This document shows, one piece after another, positions 13,276 through 26,800 of a DNA stretch of 63,771 nucleotides. Where the stretch lies: the NCBI GenBank assembly GCA_030265395.1, contig JARFYF010000012.1:23930160-23993930 (forward strand), in the 5' to 3' direction. The notes under the pieces were generated by a model that saw only the letters and a list, made by a program, of their open reading frames with translations, was not told the origin of the DNA and searched no databases. How positions within the stretch are numbered: the stretch's first letter is position 1; every line of letters begins with the position of its first letter. A program made the position numbers and the translations under genes. This stretch comes from Rhina ancylostomus. Its lineage: Eukaryota.

Positions 13276-13861
13276 TTAGTGCAATGTACTCCTAGATCAA
13301 CTGAGAATAAAGCTCAAAAGATGTTTGTTGCACACAGAAACTCCAATGCATGAATTTAATGACAGAAACATAATTGATGACATCACCTAGACTATTAGTT
13401 ATGGTGGGAAAACAATAGGTGGTAGAGAGTGAATCATATCCAAGAATGCTTGGTCAAAATCCCAACAGGCATATCTTCATCTAGAAATGTATGCAAACAA
13501 ATTATACCTTTGCGTGGTTGATGCATTAAAAAGGTACAAATTGGATTTTTGAATACTGTCTCCAGGTTGTTGTTCATTTTCAAAAAAGTTACCATGCATC
13601 AAATTAGCTTCAAACTTTCTGAATCAGATGCACTATAAATATACAACTGTTTTAGTATAAAGAAATGAAGAACCATGATGAAATTACGGCAATCCGCAAA
13701 TCAGATAAAGAAATCCGTTCAAGTATTTAAATTAAATTGGCACAAGAAGTTTGACAGAACATATTTTAAAAGACTGTAGCATCCCATCCTATACACATTC
13801 AATGGTTTGCTATTGGTATCATAATACAAAATGCCTGGAATAATAAAACAGAGTGGAGATA

Positions 13862-13955
13862 AGGGGGCACATGGTATGCTTGTCTTCATAGGTCAGGGTA
13901 TAGAGTACAAGAGCTGGGACAAAGTTTCTGTACTGTATGACACTATGATTCTATG
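13862..13955 (+). mobile_element. CR1 LINE internally deleted fragment
   Basis: GMLVFIGQGIEYKSWD-type coding stretch joined to a CTGTACTGTATGACACTATGATTCTATG CR1-type tail. Confidence 0.55.
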
Positions 13956-14054
13956 GCTCTTTGAGATTTAAAAGGGCCAGGAATTAAATCACTGAAAGAA
14001 TGGTCTCTATTGGTAATGTAGAGGGAACTGGAATACAAGAGTCAGATGACTTTT

Positions 14055-14326
14055 ACATAGAACAGTATAGCACAGGGAAAGGCTCTTCAGCCCATGATGT
14101 CTGTGCTAACCATGATGCCAATTTAAACTGCAGATCTGCCTACAGGTGGTCTTTATCCCTCAATACCCTGCCTCTTCGTGTATCCATCTAAATGCCTCTC
14201 AAACATTGCTATCATATCTGCTTCCACCACCTCCCCTGGCAGCGCTAACAAGCACCTAGCACTCTCTGTGTATAAAAAAACTTGTCCTGCTCATCTCTCT
14301 TAAGCTTTCCCCCTCTCACTTTAAAT
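14055..14326 (-). mobile_element. CR1 (HER1-like) LINE 3' end
   Basis: Minus strand: FKVRGGKLKRD..KFF...ALPGEVVEADMIAMFERHLD plus 3' UTR; related copy at 56252-56660. Confidence 0.85.
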
Positions 14327-14394
14327 CACCTCACACTTGTCCTTATAAAACTTCATCTGCCATTTCTCTGCCCATATTTCTATCTGATAAGATA

Positions 14395-14627
14395 ACTATC
14401 ACTGACATGTACATCAAAACACTCAGTGAAATGAATCATATTTTGTGTAGAGTGTTCTGGGGGCAGCCCGCAAGTGTCGCCACGCTTCCAGCGGCAACAT
14501 AGCACGCCCACAACTTCCTAACCCGTACATCTTTGGAATGTGGCAGGAAACGAGAACACCCAAAGGAAACCCGCGCAGACATGGGCAGAACGTACAAACT
14601 CCTTCCAGATTGTGGCTGGAATTGACC
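14395..14627 (-). mobile_element. V-domain SINE, head truncated at the B box
   Basis: Reverse complement GGAGTTTGTACGTTCTGCCCATGTCTGCGCGGGTTTCCTTTGGGTGTTCTCGTTTCCTGCCACATTCCAAAGATGT matches the V-SINE core; CpGs retained. Confidence 0.85.
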
Positions 14628-14630
14628 TGT

Positions 14631-14686
14631 ATGGAGAGAGAGAAAATGAGAGATGTAGAGAGAATGAGAGAGGGGTGTTGTGAGAC

Positions 14687-14730
<44 letters not shown>
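14631..14730. repeat. GA-rich tract with (AG)18 microsatellite (14691-14726)
   Basis: Directly visible. Confidence 0.95.
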
Positions 14731-14731
<1 letters not shown>

Positions 14732-15830
14732 ATGATTGGGCAAGGAGGGGAAAACAGCACAGATCAGGCAAGTAAGGGCAGCATAGTGCTATGATATCTC
14801 CAATAAGTTTGCCATCCCCATCCCCAGTCTGGCCTCAGTTGAAACTCTAGTGCTTGTATCCCTGGTTCAATACTCACTGAGTACATTTCAAGTGGTACGG
14901 ATGTCCAGAGGTCCAATTTTCTGAGGGCTGTGAAGTCAAATATCGTCAGGTTTCTCATACATTTGAATATTAATGATTCCAACTAATTTTCAAAGTTGAC
15001 AAGAAGAGATCCAGGAGATGGAACTGAAACTGGAACAAACAGCCATGAGGAGACTTTCATCTCATCAGTCAGTACTGAAGTCAAACCTAACTCTCGCTCT
15101 GCAAAGACACAACGCTGGTGTATTCCCCCTGGGCTGAACACCCACAAGTTAAATTGTGCAAATTAAGACCCACAATGGACAAACCTTTTATTAAGAATGC
15201 CAATTTCAAGAGAGAAAAAGCTCCAAAAATGAGCCAGAATATTGTCCGCTGATAAAGTTAATGATATTCAATGAGTTTCTGTAACACAAGCCATGGATCT
15301 CTCTAATAAGATGGTTTTAATTACTGATCATCCAAGTCATCCTTTATAACTGATTGGACAAACGGAATAAAAGAGTTATTCATAATACAAATCGATAGTA
15401 ACAGCCCTGGCACCAGAGAGACACACCATTAGAAAAATAACCAACGGCCTTATAAATTATTCCATTCATCAGCACAAACCCAGCTCCTTAGAATCAATGT
15501 GCCCGTGACAAAGGAATGCATCTAAAATAATTTATGCTGGACAGTGGTACCTGACAAGATCAAAAAATGGATTCACATAAAATGGAGTTTCAGGAAATCT
15601 GTCTTCCATTTGAACACTTTCTGAGAAGCCTTGTGGAGAATGGTGCTGGGATTACAGGGCGTTATCTGTCGGTAATGCGCAAGTGCATCTGAGTGCAATT
15701 CATTACTTTGAACCAAATCATGGCAACAAGCAGGGATTGGGTGATGACACTGGAAGTGATCCTTGTGTTTTTCATTCCCTGCCTTGAGGAAGCATAGCCA
15801 GGTTGGCTCTCCAGTGTGATACTAAGGAGA

Positions 15831-16290
15831 ACAGCACAGAGCACCATGGAAACCAGCCTCCCCTCCTTGGACTCTCTCGTTACCTTGGTGAAGCAGCCAG
15901 CATAATCAAAGACCCCAACCACCCGGGACATTCTCTCTTCTCTCCTCTTCCATCAGGTAGAAGATACAGGAGCCTGAAGGTACATACCACAAGACTTACT
16001 CTACCCCCACTGTGGTAAGACTATTGAATGGTTCCCTTACACAATGAGATGGACTATGACCTCACAATCTACCTTGTTGTGACCTTTCACCTTATTGCAC
16101 TGCACTTTCTCTGTAGCTGTGACACTTTACTCTATACTGTTATTGTTTTTACCTCTACTACATCAATGCACTCTGTACTAACTCAAAGTAACTCCACTGT
16201 GTCATGAATTGACCTGTACGATTGGTTTGTAAGACAAGCTTTTCACTGTACCTCGGTACAAGTGATAATAATAAACCAGTACCAATACTA
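15831..16290 (+). mobile_element. Rex1/Babar LINE, 5'-truncated (ORF C-terminus plus 3' UTR)
   Basis: ORF 15803-16018 contains AASIIKDPNHPGHSLFSPLPSGRRYRSLKVHTTRL, the typical Rex1 C-terminal motif; 3' UTR shared with 13162 and 31037. Confidence 0.9.
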
Positions 16291-18959
16291 ATAACGAGCA
16301 AGTGGATGGTACATAGTTGAAAAGAGATCTATATGGTTAGGAAGATATCAGCTGTATGCTGGTAGTGTGATTTTTGAATGGAGGGGTAGCATGCACCAAG
16401 AAAAAGTTCTGCTGATGATGGGGGTCTTGGCCTTGGGACAGTCGTAAAGTGTGAAGGTCCAACTGGCCTCTTGTAGAGGTTGGGTAATCTCAGTAATTAG
16501 AGGTGGTATAGTGAACTTCTGATCATGAAGAGACCTGCATTTTCATAGTAACATTCTAATGAACACAGGTTCACACCTACAAGCTAAAGTACCAATGGCA
16601 TGACAATGTCAATCATTATTCTCTGAAAAGTTGCCAAGAATAAAGCTAAAGGCATGGTTTTATCCACTTTTGTAGCATTCTAGTATTCAATTTAGCTGCT
16701 AGCTTTGCTTCAATCTAGAACAGTCCTTGGTGTGCAGAAAACTAATGATAAATCTACACCTTGTTTATTATTGTGTAACCTTCAGCTGTTACATATTAAA
16801 ACACATTACCTTACTGGCTCCCCTGTAAGTCGATTCAAATTAATCTACTGTAAACAGTGTGATGTGAATCTGGTCTCACCTCCTGACCCTTAGTACACCA
16901 CAGCTCATGTGTTGTTAGAGTATAATTAGAAATTGTCCAGTGCCTGCCTTTGTTTAGAACTAAGATGCAGCAGAGAGAGTGAGTAAATTGAATTCAGCTG
17001 CAATCATCATAGTTCAAATCAAATCCAATCCCAGGTCTGAAACTGATAAAAGACCCTTGCCACATCAGTTAGTACCCACTTTCATGAATAGAGACATAAA
17101 AGCCCAATATACAAGTGGCAGGTAAATATGATATATTAATCCCTTAAATTATTTAACTCTGAGCTAGGGGCTGGTATACAAACTTTAGTTACTAATTACT
17201 GTGTTTTCTATTTCTGGAGATGTTCAGACTCAGAACCATGGTGAGAAGATAAAATTCTCTATCTAGCCACGTCAGCAAAGGGCCACAGGTACATAACGCA
17301 ATATGTCCCGAGCTGAACAGATGAATCCAAAGAACGGGAACCTTATTCTGTTGTGGGTAGCTATTGCTGGGGTTAGATCCAGACTGTTCATTCAAAACAA
17401 TGTCTAATCTCTTGCACTGTTACCAGCTAGGGCATGTGCTCAGTAACACCAGGGGATAGAAATTGGAGAAAATGTTCCATTCACCATCATTGCACACAAA
17501 AAAAGTAATTAAAATTTTAGGCATAGAACTAGCTATCTGGTTCATTTAAGCTTCAGAATGTAAATGGTTTTTTATAACAGATGTTACAGTGTTTCATTGG
17601 TTTTACATTAGCTGTCTGTTTCTTGTGGTGTGAAGAAAAACCTTGTGTCAGTCCTGTGAGGTTACAAAGTTAACAAATGAGTGCAGCTCGTTTAAAGCAG
17701 TAAAATCTGCACCCCACAGTGACCACGCAGGGCTACTGTGTCAGATGTCTTGGATTCCAGTTGCACTTCTCTGCCCTTTCATTCGCAGCTCAATTACAAT
17801 ACCTTTATGCTGCTCTTTTCTCAGTGTTAAATCTCACACTATCCGTTGGTTGAGTGCACAAATGCTGCTGACCTGCCTTGGTGGTCATTCTTTGGCACAT
17901 TCTGTCTCCTTCAGGAGTCATCTTCTCTGGTGCCATTTCATCCTTTAAAGTGCTTCTATTTTATATAGAAGTGCATATGCAAGGCTAGTGTTCCATAGTT
18001 CTGAAACTTCCTGAGGGATTTCTTAACATTTGACAGAAATCTCATTATTCATATTGATTTAACATATTATTGAAGTTGATTGCACCTAAAAACTTGAGGT
18101 GCTGAAAATAAAGGTAGAAATGAAAGTCAAATTAAAAAGAAGCCAGTGCTTAAAAACACTCCAGCATAGTAATGCACTACTCTTATCTTACTACACATGA
18201 TTTCATCAGTGCTACATGCTTTCTGATACCTGGAGTGCAAGCCTTCGGAAGCTAGTGTAAAGTATACATTCGTTATTAAGCATAATTCCTTTGGCCATAG
18301 TTTGTTCGTCTTTTGAATTCATTACTTTCCTTCAAAGGTGACCTGTTCACTCAGCACTACACTTCAACTGCACCCCCACCCCAACTCTTCTTGAGTTAAT
18401 AAATTGGGAAATTACTGAGTACAAGCTAACTGAATAGCAAAGGGATGATTCGCATGCCAGTGAACTCACCATACTGATAGAATGCGGCAGTTTACTAGAA
18501 TAATTTTCATAGGAATCAAAGCTGATTCAAAGTTATGTTCATGGGTATTTGTGGCTACTGAAATTGCTTACACAGTCCCTCGAGAGTTTATTTAGTAATA
18601 ACCAAGGGAAAGGATTAAAAGTCTGCTCTGATAACATTAATCCCTCACTGTGCTTACATTTTCTGAGTTAAAATATATCCTGTATAACTTAGAAAATACC
18701 TTGGTAATGTAGTGTACATATTTCAGCCTCAAGCACACAACAATTATCTTAACACTAATCACTTCAACAATGATCGATAACATGGAAGCTTTATTATGTA
18801 AGTCATAGTAACAATGGATCCAAACAATTTGTATTTCTACTGCAATCTATTTATATTCCTTCCACAATTTCTTTCAGTGCTGGATAAAATGGATGAATAT
18901 CAGTGTGTACTAGATGTTGCTTTCTCTGCAAATGTCCTGGGTATTGGCCAGCGGCGTGG

Positions 18960-20030
18960 CTGATGATTCCCCTGACATCCTCAAATCTCAAAGCATGGCT
19001 TGAGAGTCCCTGGCTTCCTTTTGTCTCAGTCCCAGAGCTTGGCTGCTGAGTCTCCCGGTAACATCTGTGCTAAATCCCATGGAATAGCTGTTGAATCTTA
19101 TGATATTCCCCTGCATCAATCCCATGACAAGCCTGTTGAGCCCTCTGTACCCTCTTCCCGATATCCCCTGGCATAACTTCTGCATCCTTTGGCTTCTTCT
19201 GGCAGCCTCTGCCCCTCTAGCATGGTTGCCGAGGTCCCCGATGTCCTTATCTCTTCAGTTCAGAAATATGGCTGCTGTGCCCCACAGCATCTCCTGTACT
19301 AGGCTCAACAGCATGGCCATGGAATCCCATCTTTTCTTGCAGGGAGTTATTCCCTGCAGCAATCCATGAGTGCATTGGCCATGGTTCAAGTATTTAAATT
19401 TGCTCACTNNNNNNNNNNNNNNNNNNNNNNAACCCAAACTGTGCCAGACTATGTAAAATCTAAAAAATAACTGAAGTGAAAATAAGAAGTAAGTTCTATG
19501 CTTGTGTAGTTATTGTCCTGAAAACAAAGTTGAAGAATACTTGTACCTATGCAGATTTTGATGTACATACAACAGTATTATTTACAACTGAGGCAGGCCA
19601 ATAAAGAACTTAGATATTGGCCTCCCTGTTTAATGAAACAACTGAGATAGTGCTGAGTTTAACAAATTATGTTCAATTTGATTATCTGCTCTTTACCTTG
19701 GGCCTCCACTGGGCTATGGCTCAGGGCATGGTAGGCAAGTCCCTTGGTGGTCCCTCTTCACCAGTCCTGCTGCATCCCTGCTCAGTGCTTCAGTGGGTGC
19801 TTTAAGTCTAGTGGTTTCCCTTGGCAAGTTCTGGTCAGGTGATTCCAGGCCCTGTGTGCCCCCCTTCGAGTCTCCTGTGCATGCTCTGAATCCTGTGGCA
19901 TTCCTCTCTGGTCTTTGGCATCCTGCTTCTTCTTGGTCTCTTGTGGTGAATCTTCTAGTGTCTTTGAAGCTTTCTGGTCTCTCCCACTGATCTCCCTAAT
20001 GTATCCAATTCTCTGCTCCTGGTAAATATG
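18960..20030. repeat. Two degenerate pyrimidine-rich low-complexity blocks (about 18960-19370 and 19690-20030)
   Basis: Recurrent CCCCTGGC / AATCCCATG / CTGGTCTCT-like words; no clear period. Confidence 0.4.
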
Positions 20031-23000
20031 CTTTGCCACACACTGAATTCTGACTGTTTGAACTGTTCCTGTATCATGAAACTTATTGAAAAAGAAAACA
20101 ATAAAAGCTTCATGCATTCTTTCAATGGATTTCCTTATATTTATCCATAATTTTCCATTCCCTGATTATTCCATATAGGAGCAAATTAGTGAGTTTCTAG
20201 CAAGATGCTCTTGCAGAATTCTCTACCAGTATTCTCCGTACTGCATCTCCAGACATAGGAGGTGTATGCCCATATTTAGTGAACCCTGCAGTGCAAATCC
20301 ATTGTGCAAGTAAAATTACAGCAGTTCATGGAATGTAGTTTCCTGTATCTCACTTCTGGCATCTCAGCAATCAAACTCCTGCGTTCAAACTTCAGAGTCT
20401 AAAAATGTTTGGATCTCTCTCAATGCTGAGCTGTTTTAGCAAGAGAAAACATTGGCAAGTGTGGTAGCCAAGCTGGCTGGAAAGAGAAAAGGAGGAAAAG
20501 AAACTAGAAAATGAAGGTAAGAATAGGAAAGGATTAATGCTACTTTAATGCTCAAGTGACTGATGTAAACTGGCACTTTGGCGATTGTGGGCATATTGCT
20601 TTGGGTGAAAACCTCCTATCTGGGATTTGGCATTTGTTAAGAATTTGCTCAGATCTATACTTGCTCTCGTGCTGTACATGCCTCAGGTAATGGGTTTCTG
20701 CCTCAGACAAAGTTATGGTGGCAAAACAGGAGATGCTCAGAGGAATTCCTTGACAAATGCAACTTTTTTCTCTCCTCAAGATGAAGTATCCTGGTTGGGC
20801 TTGATGTGATGGTCAGGCCTAACTGGAGTTTGTGAATCTCTTGCTTTTGTACAGTTCTGCCAGATTTGTGTCCAAGTATCTGCTTTGTACACCTATGTTT
20901 TAACATCTTATTTAAGAGTTTTTCATCTTGTTTCATACAGCTTTTTTTCATTAATCATATCAATGATAGGGATTTTGAATGTGTTTGCAAGTGATCATGT
21001 GCACATAAACTCCAGTAGAATTCTAAACTGAACCAAAATCTTGTAGTTGTGGTCATAAAGTAAATATTCTCAATCTTCCTCTAAGACTTTCGTCCCAGTT
21101 CCCTTATTAGACTGGAATAGATCCAATTATAGAGAAATTAGAGGAGCAGCAAAGGAAAAACAGTGTGGCCTATAGATAAACAGAAGCAATGGCTGGAATT
21201 AAGAATTTACACCAAAACCTAGCACCCAGGAAATTCATTTACAGTTGGGAATGCCAAACGTGCTGTACTGTAACATCAGCATGTTGTATTTTCTCATGGA
21301 AGTTCAATCCATTGTGCAGCTGTATACTATGTTCAATGCAACTCACTGGAATAAATGTCTTGGCAAGCTTTGATTAATTTTCCATAGCAATGGGATTGAA
21401 AAGGGGCAGAGGGAGATAGGTTGCATGCTATGCACCCAAATAAAGGAGATAAGGTGAGTTAATAATCTGGAGTTGATCTGCTTCCCACAGTTTGCAACCT
21501 TTGTTGAAAGTGGAGTCTGCCCAAAGGACCAAGTTGTATTATTGAATTATCCTTGCACTGCAGTCTTTATGGCTCTGCCACAAATATGCATACTTGTTTC
21601 TAGATGTTAGGTTTTTAGAATATTATGGAGGCCATAATTTTTGTTTCTGTCTCAGGACTTATTTCAGCTTATGTGGCCTAAATTTACAGCCTTACAATGA
21701 CTTGCAGAGGTCTGATGCCACTTCTTGCAATAGATGTACTTTTGTACCAAATGCTCATAAAATGTACTGATGGCAGTCCCCTTATCCAGTGTTACAACAG
21801 GACAGGTGTCTTCAAGGCCAGTGACCATGAAGGAAACAAACAGGAAATAAAAACGTTGCACATTTTTGCTGAATACCGATAGAAAAGCTTGCATGTGCAA
21901 AGGGTCATGGGATACCCAGAATCCTTCACCACTTGGAAAGCCGCTGACTCATTCCCTCAGTAATCAGTGTTGTGTGCAGTTACAAATGGGATGGTTAATA
22001 GTCCTGCATCCATTATCATTAGTGCATCTCAGCACGCAGGTACATGATGGGTCCTGCCAGCACGTTTGCTCCAGCTCACTGAGCCAGGGGCCATGCTCCA
22101 TTGCAAATGAGGATGAGAAACACCTGCTCCAGGGTTTTTCAGCAGACCATCTCCATCGCTCACATCTCATGCAACACTTGTTCTGTCATAATGTAATTCC
22201 GGCTCCAGCCAAAAGAGGTTTACTGTATCCAACTAAAGATTACAAACTTCCCCGTTGTTTGCTGAATAAATTCAGCTTGAGAATCCAGTGCAATGAAAAT
22301 TTAACACAATTGTGCTTTGCCGAGCATTCTAATGTCAGCAGTATTTTGCTTTTGAAAATGAACATACATCCAAGTTGACTGCTCAGACTGTGTAACATTA
22401 CTTTTTACACTTTAACTGCTGAAACCAAGGTGCTGTAGATTATGCCTGAAAACAAAACTACTCAAACAGCACCAGCAATAAATTGCCATCCTATTTATTT
22501 CAGTTGTTACCCTTAATAAATATTTATGCTGAAAATGTGATCTGACTGGAAGTTGAGAGCTATACTACAGTTACATTTCAAAGGTATGTAAGGGCACCTG
22601 TGTGACCTGTACTGAGACCTCACTTCAACAGCTAATTGACAGTGACATTTTTACTATAGCGAACCAAAATCAGTATTAAAGATGTGATGCATAGGCATAC
22701 TTCCAGAAACAAAAATCTGGTTTCAATAAAACTATAGTTCTGATTGGAACTGATGTTACCTTCCGGTTGTGCCTTTGGCTATTATGTGTTCATACGTATA
22801 ATGACTAGATGCCATATCCACTTTTCATATTCATGTTTTCTGTTTGTCTTCTGCGCTAGACACATTGGAATGATTAGAACATCACTCCACACCATGCAGG
22901 ATTTGATTTAATTTGAAACAGATTAGGACCTACAGGAAAAGAAATGATAGCTATGCTAACCTCTTTTTTTTATTTGCAGCAATAAAATTCCATGCAGTGT

Positions 23001-23674
23001 ATTTGCAAAAGCTACTATCTGGATTCAGTAAAGTCCTGAATTAATCCTACAATTACCATGCAAAGAGAAGTGCAACAAAAGAAGAGCCAGACTGTGTGAT
23101 TGCTATCCCTGTGCAGAGGTTTATAGAAGTCATCAGCTCATGATTCACATATCAAATTTTGATAGAAAATTATGCAGAGGATTGAAGTTTGGAAGAGTTG
23201 CAGTAACAAAATACAGATGNNNNNNNNNNNNNNCCACCATGCCTATTTGTAGCAGGGCACTGTGGCAGGGGATCAAAAAGTCAATTCAGAAATAAGTTAG
23301 GCTAAATTTGAGTTTGATTAGAACATTTCAGAATTGACTTAATACTGTATGAGAAGGGGATCACATCAAACTGAATAGCAATTGGAAACCAGAGCTTCTA
23401 AACTCACTCCTGATAGTAAAAGTGCAGTGGGTCATATAAGACCCATGGGCTGGAAGCTGCTAAGACCTACACAGTGATGAGAGAAACCTGTCTAAGCTTC
23501 AATAACATATTGCATAGATATATAAAAAATAAATAAGGTGTGGATAAAACTATGGGGTAAAGATTTAATTGGAATAGCGTCAAATAAGTAAATGGGGTAG
23601 ATGTTTTTCTGTAGTTTAATATTTAAAAGCACTGAGGTTCTGGAAGATACTAGTTCCATTCTCAAATCAGTAAT

Positions 23675-23880
23675 AAATAGTCAGACAAGGTCCCTGCTCC
23701 TGATCACAATCACTGACCAAGATTGGACTGGACTTTGCTACGATGCTTGGAGATAGTTAAATCTCTTGCTGACGGTCATTGTCTAAGTTCACAGATGAAG
23801 AATTGCCTCTCCGACGAGGTGGGGAAGACCCTTGGCACTTATGCAGGAGTCATCATTTTCAGGCACAGTGAGGAAAAAGG
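23675..23880 (+). mobile_element. Old SINE-like dispersed repeat, copy 3
   Basis: GTCAGACAAGGTCCCTGCTCCTGATC and ATGAAGAATTGCCTCT blocks. Confidence 0.5.
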
Positions 23881-26800
23881 GAAAACAAATAAATAATCAG
23901 CAGTGGCATCAGTCAGTACTACATGAATAGTCAAAATAGTACAGGGCGAAAATGTAAAACTACTGTGATCTTTGAACCAGATATTTGAGTAGACTGGGCT
24001 TAGATTCAAATTTTATGGCAATACTTAGTTTCCCCTCTGGGGAGCAGCAGTGTATATTCCCCTGTAAAAAATGTAGACAAAAATTATAATCGCTTGGGGT
24101 ATTACACACAGTGGTCATTTATAGGTTTGCGCTGGTGGATTCCCCAAATAATGAGGAGTCTCAGCCCAGTTGTTACTTGGCAATGGTGAGTGAGACTCAG
24201 TCACTTCCCTACAGGGAGGAAGGGAGAAGTCATGGAGCAAGAGTCTCTTGTGCACCTTGTAGAGACCATCTTAAAGACAGCATTAAGGATGGGCCAGTGG
24301 GACATCTCTAACTTTCAGTCCCAGATATGTAAGTGGGATGAGGAGATTTCAATAGTAAAGCAGAATAACTTTTAATGGAACAAACATTATTAGGAAAATG
24401 TATTTAGATAGAAAGTGTGTTCTGAATGGCTCTTGAAATTTTGGTTAATGAATTGGATTGTGTGAATTATGAATCAAGTCTCTTTTTTTGTTTTATCAGG
24501 AAGCAAGATAGAAAACTTCCACTGGGGCTGAATAAACCAAAGGGACTTGATTACAGCAGGACCTTTTGGTGAAGCCCATTTCCAACACTTTTGATTCTGA
24601 TTGTACACTTAACACATTATTGCACCATGACCACGCACTGACCCATTAAGAGAGAGAGAGAGCACAAAACAGGCTAAACAAATAAAAAAAAATACACTTT
24701 CTGTACAAAGATTATTATTCCACTGCAGTTCATTGCATTAACTGCATATCAAATTTAGCAGTTGAGCCAAATATTCCCTGAACAGACATGACTTCTGTTG
24801 TCAGAGAAATGGGATCAAATGAAATACAAAAGTGTGGAGAGAAAAGGGAAAAAGGAATCTCGACATGTGAGTGCCCCGGTCAAAACAGCCTGGATCCTGC
24901 AATATCCAGCTTTATCACATCATTATTGCAAATGTATGCAGCACGTGAGGCTGCACCTTCCAGATTCTGGTGTACATATGCGCTGCTGTCATCAGTCCTC
25001 ATCTAACACCTGCTTAAGCAACCAAAACTATTAGGTGTTTTCATATATAGTTAGAACCAAGCATTTAAGCTCAACCTAGTTTATAAGAACAGCTGATGTC
25101 CAGAGACATCTGTTTTCCCTCTTTAACTCTTTCAAAATATACCTTTTCAGCAAATGACTTCCAGTGCACTTCTCAAAATGTGCACATTAAACAGTCATAT
25201 TTAGGCAAGGTACACAGAAATGATAGGCTGCTCCAACTGAACTGCTTTGTGGCAAGCAGTTTTTAAAATTTTAACTTTAATTTTAATGACCAGATGAGAA
25301 AAAATAAACTTGCAGGATTATATATTTGACTAATTGCTCTTCATGTATTTTGCTTAATGGTGGAAAATTTTTGATTAAAACGGGTTGTAAAATAGATTAA
25401 GAATGGCCACTGATCATGAAAAAAAATAATCTTCTAAAATTTTTGTATCATAAATGATATCAGTGTGAAAGAAATAGTAAAATTTCAAATATACAAAATG
25501 CATTGCCATTTGCTGTTCAATCTTACCAAATTATATTTTAGTCTTAAACATTTAAGGTTAATAACCTTGAATAAAATACACATTGCTTATCAAAATCATA
25601 ATCATTATCAAGGACAAACTTTCCAGCACCACAAGCTCATAAACAATCTGTTTGCTTATGATCACATGATAAGTGATCTAGAAATTAGTTTCCCCCAGCA
25701 GAACAAGGATGTATAAAGTGCAGTCTTTTGTCAAAGAAAGCTTATCATTTTCAATTCAATAAGCCTCAATACACTGTAGACTCTCTTCTTTCCATCCAGT
25801 GATGATGTGAAGGGGGTCGCAGGTTCACCTGTGATTTTGCATGACAGTCTCGCCACACACATCATGCGCTGCCAAATGCTCTGCCATTAATTTATGATTT
25901 AAAGTAATTAACTTTTGCTGATTAAAGTAATTATTTCAAGTGCATTGCACTCAGGCCCAAATGATGCACGCGCAGTCCTCCCCAGTTTTTGCGTGCAGCA
26001 TGCCAAGTGTTTAGAAACTGCACCAGGGAACTCACAGCGACTTCTGTCAGTCTAACAAATATGCCATGTTTATGGCTGATTTGTACTAACTGCTCATTTT
26101 AATGCGGTGTTCTGGCAGAACATAGACACAGTGTGAATCATCTTACATGCAAACAAGATGAGCATCGGAAACATGTCATTTGGTTGACAGGGAAAACCAT
26201 GTAAACAGTTCTTGCCTTCAAACTCCAAAAGGTATTTTGGTATTTTTTGATGTCGAGCTCCTCATATAGACTGAACACAACAGCATGTTAAAGATTCTTC
26301 ACTGTCTAAAACAAAGGCTTAGAAGGAAACAATATTTGCAATGTTCTGAGCTGTCAGGTCTACTATATTATGCATGTTGACCCCAGTCTATTTTTAATTA
26401 AGCAGTAATGAATGGCAACATTAGTGATGAATAATATACATCAGAATTCATTTGTGCATTGAAGCGATGCAAAGCATACTATTTTATCAATAATGCACAC
26501 TTCTAAAATAATTATTGCTATCATATCATGTCTTAGTGTACTCAATGTGATTTATAAAATTGTGTTCTAACCTTAAGTGTAGAGGTATGTTATGCTTCCA
26601 GTAATTAACATTCCTGTAAATGGTAATTAAAATCACCTTGAAATTATAACTCAAATAATGTTCATCACTTAGATGAGTGCTTCCTGTAAAGCTTAATGCG
26701 AGTGTTAGTAAGCATCACTGTAGCATGGTAATAATACACCCACATCTCCACGGGTAAAAGAACAGGCTAAATTTAACCTGCACTCATGTGTGATGAGTTT

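Noticed and set aside
14423-14771. Overlapping SLSLSL/RERERE ORFs
   Set aside because: V-SINE plus (AG)n microsatellite
14990-15100. LF-SINE-like fragment on the minus strand
   Set aside because: Similarity limited to a short head segment recalled from memory; too weak to call
21866-22378. Longest ORF (170 aa) as a gene
   Set aside because: Non-ATG start, no recognisable domain, composition typical of chance ORFs; may be decayed TE sequence
24500-24568. Plus-strand exon after TTTTTTTGTTTTATCAG
   Set aside because: Weak donor (TTG|GTGAAG), unrecognised peptide, no partner exons
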